From a virus, in the IMG/VR virus record IMGVR_UViG_3300021963_000110, positions 4,220-68,219 of that record: a stretch of DNA of 64,000 bases. The stretch is one strand, 5' to 3'. Shown here piece after piece: positions 57,810 to 64,000 of this stretch. Below the pieces are notes generated by a model that did not search any database, was not told where the DNA came from, and was given only the letters and a program-made list of their open reading frames with translations. The position numbers and the translations under genes were made by a program. The first letter of the stretch is position 1, and each line of letters starts with the position of its first letter.

Positions 57810-60800
57810 TTATCCTTCGATTGCTAGCATGTATGGTGTCATAACAGCAAACAATGCTTTATTGAATGTTCTGCCTGTAATTGTACCGTCAACTCTATTT
57901 ATAACCAATCCTGTGCCGATTCTAAAATCGCCCAATTGGTCTGTACTTGTGAAGTAAACCTTACCTCCGCGCAATTCTTTAACTTCATTTTCCTGTATTG
58001 GCACACCCCCTAAATACGGTAATGCTGTTGCAATAGTAGTGCCCGATCCTACATATTCAAATGTATGACCGCTGGATGAAATATAACTTCCTTGATGGAA
58101 AGAAACTCTAGAATTTGCTAATATATTTTCATTTATTGTTTCTAAAACTGTAACTACACTAGTATTGCTTATTAAATTCGTTGCGGACTGCACTGTGTAG
58201 AATGTCCCCGAACCATTACTAATATTTGCCCAATTTTGATTTACAAATTCTAATACCTCAGCTTTAATAAAATCTTTATTAGCTAATACCAACTTTGTAG
58301 CATTAATTATATTAGTATTTGAACTAGGAGTAAATGTTATTGGTTGTTTTTCAGACGCAACATTTGGACCAAAGGTAACAATGTTTGCAATCAATCTAAC
58401 ATCATCTAATAATAAGTTTGCTTCTGCAATTGTTGCATAAGATGCTGCTGTTGTATTTTGTACTACTGTATTTTGATATACGTTAGCAATAACATTGCCT
58501 CGTATAATTTTATCAACTAGACCGCCAATGAAATAATATGCAGCGCCCGTCTGAACAATTTGATCGTTGATTTGCGTATCAGTTGCGTCATATTGGTAAT
58601 AATATGTTCCAGCAGTAACAGTCTGTCTATTGCCGCCGTGTCTCAAATCAAAGGTCACACTTTCTAAAATATATCCAACGTCGCGAGAACATTTTATTTG
58701 AGCATTAGCCGGGTCTAAGAACATTGCGGCATTAGCAAAGAATCCTGGATATGCGTTTTCAATGTATCCAATGGTTTCAGCTGCAATAAATGCCTTATTA
58801 TCTATAATGTTGTTTGCAGCATTTGTAACGTTTACATTTGTATTTGCAGGATATTGATTTGGAACAATTATATCTGTTACACCTACTGTACCATTTGCAA
58901 TAATATCCGTTAACAATGTTTTAAGAGTTGCAATAACCGCGCCTTCTGTCGCTGTACCAGTAGGTCCGTTTATAGGGGTTTCTGTTCCCTGATATGTTGC
59001 ACCTAACGCAACACCTGTAGCTGCATCATATGCCAAATCAAGAGCAAAATTAATTGCTTCAATCGTTTCTGGAGATTGATTTGGGATTGCAGATGTAACT
59101 TGTGACCAATATTGCAATCCTGCAAATGTTGATTGTGTGTTGCTGTTGTAAGCTAAATCAAATGCCAAAGAATCTACAATTAAACCTGTATCTCTAGCAC
59201 ATTTAGCTTGATTATAATTTGCAAATAATACAGAATCTCCGTAATTTGGTTTTATATTCAAATTACTTATAGTTATTTCGTTTGTAGCCTCAGTTGTTCC
59301 TGTTTGAACTTTTCCAAAATATAGTGGTTCACTAACACCATCAGCCCATAATCCATAGTTGCCGAATGATGCGTTAGAATTTGTAACAGAACAGAAGCCG
59401 CCTGACTCGCATAAAATAGCAATATGGCAGCAAATTGTAAACACCGATACTAACTGAGTGTACCCTTTGTTTAGCATATGTATGCCGATTCCACCCTCGT
59501 TCGTTTGTGTATATGCGTCACACACCATAGAACGCAACCCCGTAACATAACGGCCATCTACACGCATACCTGTTCCAGTAGTTGTGATAGAAGAACAGTT
59601 CTGAATATACGGGCTTGTTACAATAGTTCCAGCAGATCCGTTTGGATTATATGAGAATACGGCTGATGGAGATAAATGATCTCTGAATGTAATACCTGTT
59701 ACATAACAAGCATTCTCAACATAGAACATATCAACGGTTGGCTGGGATGGTCTAATTGTAGTTGTTCTTAAATTGTCGCCAACTAACGCAACACGTCTTG
59801 GAATTGTTACAGGTTGATTGTATAGTCTGTAATCTCCACTCTTTACAAATACTGTTGTCCATGCAGTTGCTGCAGCTAAGGCAACGTGAATATTGGCAAA
59901 CGCATTGCCAAATGATCTACCATCATTTGCATCATTTCCATTACCTGCAACATATAAAACGTTTGCTGCAAAATTAGATGTGAGTGCTCTTAATTCAGAA
60001 ACAGTCGGCTGCATTGCTGCAGTAACTCTGGCATTTGTAAAGTATAAATTTGTACCTTCATCAAGATTTGATGTTGTATAATTCGGTACGTTTTCCAACA
60101 AATTAGCAGTCAATGTGCCTGTTGGAGATGTGATTGGTTTATTTGTAGCGTTTGCAGTAAATATAATTGTGTTACTTGCATCTGTAACTACAATAGTATT
60201 AGATGTTTGGCTAATAGATCCTGAGTTCGAGAATCTAATTGAGCTACCATACAACCATAAATCACGGAATGGTTTGTCGTTTGAACCAATATCAAATTGG
60301 TTACCGACTGTTGGTAAAATATTACCAGTAATTGTTAAATTCTTATTAACATCAAAACTATCTGTTGCTGTTTTATAAACTATGTTAGCATTAACATATG
60401 CAACGGAGATACCTGCATCGTCAACCATTAATAGATTGGATGCGCCGTTCGCTAATAAAATGTTTCTATCTTCAACTGTAACAGTCGTAGTATTTAAAGT
60501 TACTACTTCGCCCTGGACAGTTAAGTTGCCACCAACTATTAAGTTGTTTAATGAGGCATCTTGATTCTGTATTGCAGCAAGTGCTCTTGCATTTGTAAAA
60601 TATAAATTACCTGTGCGCTCAACTACGTTAGATGTTGTTAAATCTGATATATTGGCCTTGGCAGCTAATAAAGGAGTAACATAACCTAACACACGAGCAT
60701 TTGTATAGTATAAGTTACTTAAAGATTCTGCAACATTCGCAGTATTTAATCCTACCAACGAACCAATAGATACACCACCGGTATTTGCAGAAATTCTACC

Positions 60801-62312
60801 ATTAGCTTCAATTGTAATATTATTACCTGCTAATGATGGCAACAATGCAATAATATTAGACTGGACTCTTGCATTTGTAAAATACAAATTACTTGCAGAT
60901 TCAACAACATTTGCAGTATAAATGCCTATCCAAGTATTAGAAGCAATTACATTTGAAGTAACTGATCTAACACGAATGTTTGCGCCTGTTTCTGTTGCAA
61001 ACACTACATCGCCATTAATCACCATGCCATTTGCATACAGTATACGCTTAACAAATACGTTGCCTTCTACTGTAAAATCTCCAGCAACATTTGATAATAA
61101 TGTAATATTTGCAGAAATTTTACCGTTAGCGTCAATCTCAATTCCTTGGCCTGCTAATGTTGGCAATAATGCAATAACATTCGATTGAACTCTATTATTT
61201 GTGTAATATAAATTTAACGAACCTTCATTAACCGCATTCGTGTTACCTGTAAAACCAACTGTACCTATTAAAGCAGCAAGTGATGTTGCATTTGCTTTGA
61301 TCGTTCCGTTTGCAGTATCATAAATGATAGATGTATCGCCAGCAGTTATTGCTGCTCTTGCTCTTGCATTTGTGAAATATAATTTACTACCTTCTGCTAC
61401 ATCATCAGATGTGCCAGAAAATGTTGTAACCAATCCTGGATTAGAACCAACTAGAATCCAGCCGTTACTTGAATACATCAAGAATGCAGAATCACCAGAT
61501 TTTTTCAGTTCAATTGCAAGATTGTTTTGTAAATTGCTCGATAAAACGAATCTACCACCTTGAGTCTGAACCAAGTTAATAACTTTTAATTGGCCGTCAG
61601 CGCCTCTAGGCAAATCTAAATATACGCGCCCACCCGTATCTGTGGGTACATCTGGAACATTGAATATAATGTTCGCACCTGCAGTACCAGGAGTTCCGTT
61701 AATGGTAACATTTGAAGTATAATTAACACCTAATGTGTTTGTACCATCTATAGATGTAGACAGTCCAAATATATTGCCTGTATTTGTAGCATCACTTACA
61801 TCAAATATGTAAGTAGCACCTTTAATTAAGGATAAGCTAGTTGGGAATGGTCTCAATCCTAATGGGCCAACCCAATCTTCAGGAGGGTATGAATAAGTTG
61901 CACCTGAGGCGCCTGATAGATATATTTTATCATTTTTATATCTAACATAGATTGTCTTTGTAATGGGTGTGCCATTAGCAAAAGTTAAGCCGCGTCCAGA
62001 TGCAGATACACCTGTAGTAAATAAGTAAATAGTCGCAGGTAGAACTGACCCGTTAGCAATAGCATTAGCGTCCGCAGAAACACCACCATACAAATCTGTA
62101 CGAGTAGTTGTTATGCTGACTGTGCCAGTGGTATTCAATACCTGGACGTTGCCGCCCAGAATAATATTACCGGCTAATGTAGGATCTGAGATGGATGCAA
62201 ACAATGTGCCTGCATCCACATTCAAACTAGTATCGTTTTGTACTAGATATAATAAATCATCCTTGTTTACTACATTAGCCTTAACTAACTGCGATATTTT
62301 TAAATCTGCCAT
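57810..62312 (-). CDS. 1500-aa fibre protein with NLYFTNAR repeats and a pectin-lyase-like beta-helix region
   Basis: LYVAGNGNDANDG...VKSGDY...VGDNLRTT...SPYIQNCSSIT; KCARDTGLIVD/KCSRDVGYILE helical repeats. Confidence 0.75.
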   Translation of the reverse strand: MADLKISQLVKANVVNKDDLLYLVQNDTSLNVDAGTLFASISDPTLAGNIILGGNVQVLNTTGTVSITTTRTDLYGGVSADANAIANGSVLPATIYLFTTGVSASGRGLTFANGTPITKTIYVRYKNDKIYLSGASGATYSYPPEDWVGPLGLRPFPTSLSLIKGATYIFDVSDATNTGNIFGLSTSIDGTNTLGVNYTSNVTINGTPGTAGANIIFNVPDVPTDTGGRVYLDLPRGADGQLKVINLVQTQGGRFVLSSNLQNNLAIELKKSGDSAFLMYSSNGWILVGSNPGLVTTFSGTSDDVAEGSKLYFTNARARAAITAGDTSIIYDTANGTIKANATSLAALIGTVGFTGNTNAVNEGSLNLYYTNNRVQSNVIALLPTLAGQGIEIDANGKISANITLLSNVAGDFTVEGNVFVKRILYANGMVINGDVVFATETGANIRVRSVTSNVIASNTWIGIYTANVVESASNLYFTNARVQSNIIALLPSLAGNNITIEANGRISANTGGVSIGSLVGLNTANVAESLSNLYYTNARVLGYVTPLLAAKANISDLTTSNVVERTGNLYFTNARALAAIQNQDASLNNLIVGGNLTVQGEVVTLNTTTVTVEDRNILLANGASNLLMVDDAGISVAYVNANIVYKTATDSFDVNKNLTITGNILPTVGNQFDIGSNDKPFRDLWLYGSSIRFSNSGSISQTSNTIVVTDASNTIIFTANATNKPITSPTGTLTANLLENVPNYTTSNLDEGTNLYFTNARVTAAMQPTVSELRALTSNFAANVLYVAGNGNDANDGRSFGNAFANIHVALAAATAWTTVFVKSGDYRLYNQPVTIPRRVALVGDNLRTTTIRPSQPTVDMFYVENACYVTGITFRDHLSPSAVFSYNPNGSAGTIVTSPYIQNCSSITTTGTGMRVDGRYVTGLRSMVCDAYTQTNEGGIGIHMLNKGYTQLVSVFTICCHIAILCESGGFCSVTNSNASFGNYGLWADGVSEPLYFGKVQTGTTEATNEITISNLNIKPNYGDSVLFANYNQAKCARDTGLIVDSLAFDLAYNSNTQSTFAGLQYWSQVTSAIPNQSPETIEAINFALDLAYDAATGVALGATYQGTETPINGPTGTATEGAVIATLKTLLTDIIANGTVGVTDIIVPNQYPANTNVNVTNAANNIIDNKAFIAAETIGYIENAYPGFFANAAMFLDPANAQIKCSRDVGYILESVTFDLRHGGNRQTVTAGTYYYQYDATDTQINDQIVQTGAAYYFIGGLVDKIIRGNVIANVYQNTVVQNTTAASYATIAEANLLLDDVRLIANIVTFGPNVASEKQPITFTPSSNTNIINATKLVLANKDFIKAEVLEFVNQNWANISNGSGTFYTVQSATNLISNTSVVTVLETINENILANSRVSFHQGSYISSSGHTFEYVGSGTTIATALPYLGGVPIQENEVKELRGGKVYFTSTDQLGDFRIGTGLVINRVDGTITGRTFNKALFAVMTPYMLAIEG

Positions 62313-62364
62313 TAAAACACCAAAAGGTTATTAATTAATTGTACATCATAACCAAATTAACATT

Positions 62365-62910
62365 TTAAGACTGTTGTATTATCGAATCGTCGTTCGCATC
62401 ACCCTGTAATGTGCCTGTTGCATTAGCATTGAAGTTTTTAGACATTGCTACTAACAACTCAGCTTTGTGACGTGTTGCGCCTTGTGTGTTAGTATATGTT
62501 TTGTAATACAACCAACCTGGGCCTACGATACCATTAGCTTTATTGCCTGGAACATTTGCTTCAACACGGTCAACACCATATACAGTACCTTTGTTAACTG
62601 TATTTGCGCCTTTGCCAATTGAAGCATTTGCGCCCCAACCTGTTGTGCGAATCCACTTTGGATCTTCTTGAATTGCAATATTAGCTGCACCAACGTTTGC
62701 ACCAATAAATGCTGCATCCAATGTGATTGTATTAGATGAAACTATAGTTTGAATTCTATAGTCCACGTTTGCGATTACTAACGAATAACCTTCTTGGAAT
62801 CCGTTTGCAGCAGTAACTACTTGTGCGCTAGTAACAACGGTGCTGCTACCATTGTTTGCTCTTGCTGTAGCAGATACTTCTCTTCTATCTATTTTTCCCC
62901 ATGCTGACAT
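62365..62910 (-). CDS. Conserved T4-like virion protein
   Basis: MSAWGKID...VYGVD..EA...PGWLYYKTYTNTQGATRHKAELLVAM. Confidence 0.65.
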   Translation of the reverse strand: MSAWGKIDRREVSATARANNGSSTVVTSAQVVTAANGFQEGYSLVIANVDYRIQTIVSSNTITLDAAFIGANVGAANIAIQEDPKWIRTTGWGANASIGKGANTVNKGTVYGVDRVEANVPGNKANGIVGPGWLYYKTYTNTQGATRHKAELLVAMSKNFNANATGTLQGDANDDSIIQQS

Positions 62911-62930
62911 TTTTGTCTCCCTATTTTTAT

Positions 62931-62938
62931 TATTTATA
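62931..62938 (-). promoter_or_regulatory. T4-type late promoter TATAAATA
   Basis: Exact consensus 20 nt upstream of ATG 62910, with GGGAG RBS. Confidence 0.65.
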
Positions 62939-62965
62939 ATAGCAAATCAAATTGCTTATTACTCT

Positions 62966-64000
62966 TTATTTTTTTACGGTTACGCTTGGCATGGATTCCA
63001 CGCGGCGCGCCGTTCCATGGTGAATATATTTTTTACGTCCACCTTCTTGATCAGTCACAACATACTCAGCATAAGGTTGTCCGTTTTTAGTACTAAATTT
63101 ATCATTCGATACTGTGTTGCCCGCCTTGCGGTGTGCATCAATTTTATCTTCAAGTTCCATTCTAGTGAATGCTTCAATAATAACTTCTTCATAATTCTCT
63201 GCAAATGCTTGTTCTGCAATTGCAACGATTTCTTTTTGCATTGATTCTTCATCTGTTCTAACAATTGATTGAACAGCTCTTAAGAAGTCGCCAAATGTAG
63301 GGTTATCAGTAATTTCAATTGTAAAGTCGTTATGCTTAACAATAGTTTCTGAAATGCCTTCATCCATAGAATGTTGGCCAGATGGTTTCAATCCTGCTGC
63401 TCTATATTTCATTTCAGCTTTATTGCTTGCTTTGCCAGCAAGGTTATATCGCTTATCTGCTTTTGCATCATCTCCATCGCGAGTAGCATCATTAGCATCA
63501 CGTACTGCAGCATGTTTTACTTTGGTTAATGTACCAATTGATAATTCTGTAACTTGTTCAAAAGAGGCGTTGATTGTGCCGCGAGGACCACGATCATCTT
63601 TGATTCCTGCAGCTTTCATTGCAGCTGCTCTATCGCCATAAGTTTTAATATCAGGTGCATGCTTTGCGATTGCTTTTTTAACTGTAGGAGAAGCACTACT
63701 CCTTGCAATCTGATTCATTGTTACTTTACCAGCATGACCTACATCACCGGGCATGCCTTCTTCAATTTCTTCTTCCTCTTTAACTGTTTTTGCTTTTTTG
63801 CCAGCACGAAGCTTTGCAAAATCTTTTCCATCAATCTTTTCATCATCAACCACATCTAATACTTGTTGGTTAGGATGTAATTGCTTTTCTTCAATTGTAT
63901 CACCTTCGGGTGTAGCATGCTCGTGCATCTTAGCTTTTTTAACTTTAACGGCTTCTGTTTGAATTTTGCGAACTTGGCCGTCAGCAAATTTAACATTGTA
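62966..64000 (-). CDS. Charged, probable internal head protein; 5'-truncated by the window
   Basis: Frame stays open from 63928 to 64000; IEE/VTE/MDE/ISE potential prohead-protease sites; DVVDDEKIDGKDF EF-hand-like loop. Confidence 0.55.
   Translation of the reverse strand, partial: YNVKFADGQVRKIQTEAVKVKKAKMHEHATPEGDTIEEKQLHPNQQVLDVVDDEKIDGKDFAKLRAGKKAKTVKEEEEIEEGMPGDVGHAGKVTMNQIARSSASPTVKKAIAKHAPDIKTYGDRAAAMKAAGIKDDRGPRGTINASFEQVTELSIGTLTKVKHAAVRDANDATRDGDDAKADKRYNLAGKASNKAEMKYRAAGLKPSGQHSMDEGISETIVKHNDFTIEITDNPTFGDFLRAVQSIVRTDEESMQKEIVAIAEQAFAENYEEVIIEAFTRMELEDKIDAHRKAGNTVSNDKFSTKNGQPYAEYVVTDQEGGRKKYIHHGTARRVESMPSVTVKK

Noticed and set aside
62325-62353. GGTTAT...ATAACC followed by TTTT as a terminator
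   Set aside because: Weak AU-rich stem with a long loop; cannot be supported
1-64000. Stop-codon reassignment; tRNA or other RNA genes
   Set aside because: Standard-code ORFs tile the minus strand at full length; remaining gaps are too short or are filled by small ORFs; no cloverleaf seen

Overview
Segment of a large, AT-rich T4-like (myovirus) phage genome; every credible gene is on the minus strand. The likely host is a freshwater Betaproteobacterium, inferred from the phage-borne IscU/IscA/ErpA sequences and from outer-membrane spanins. About 50 kb (about 14.7-63 kb and 0-3.9 kb) is a virion fibre/adhesin region: two giant NLYYTNARV-repeat shaft proteins, six LamG/ConA-lectin proteins, seven Gly-rich adhesin-like genes, a fibrinogen-like protein, small adaptor- and chaperone-like genes and two cupins. 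Embedded in it (about 4.3-13.5 kb) is a replication/nucleotide-metabolism operon: primase, thyX, MazG-like pyrophosphatase, spanins, nrdA, iscU-iscA-erpA, thioredoxin, nrdB, HiPIP-like and other Cys-rich proteins, dCMP deaminase and a cytidylyltransferase. Main observations: (1) a repeated cassette grammar in which an adaptor gene is followed by 2-3 unrelated adhesins that all carry the same 17-residue N-terminal motif; (2) an Fe-S assembly module splitting nrdA from nrdB, followed by a HiPIP-like protein with a capsid-targeting-like N-terminus; (3) reciprocal promoter/hairpin translational switches at the two ends of the metabolic operon. All calls come from reading the sequence and ORF translations by eye; no searches were run.
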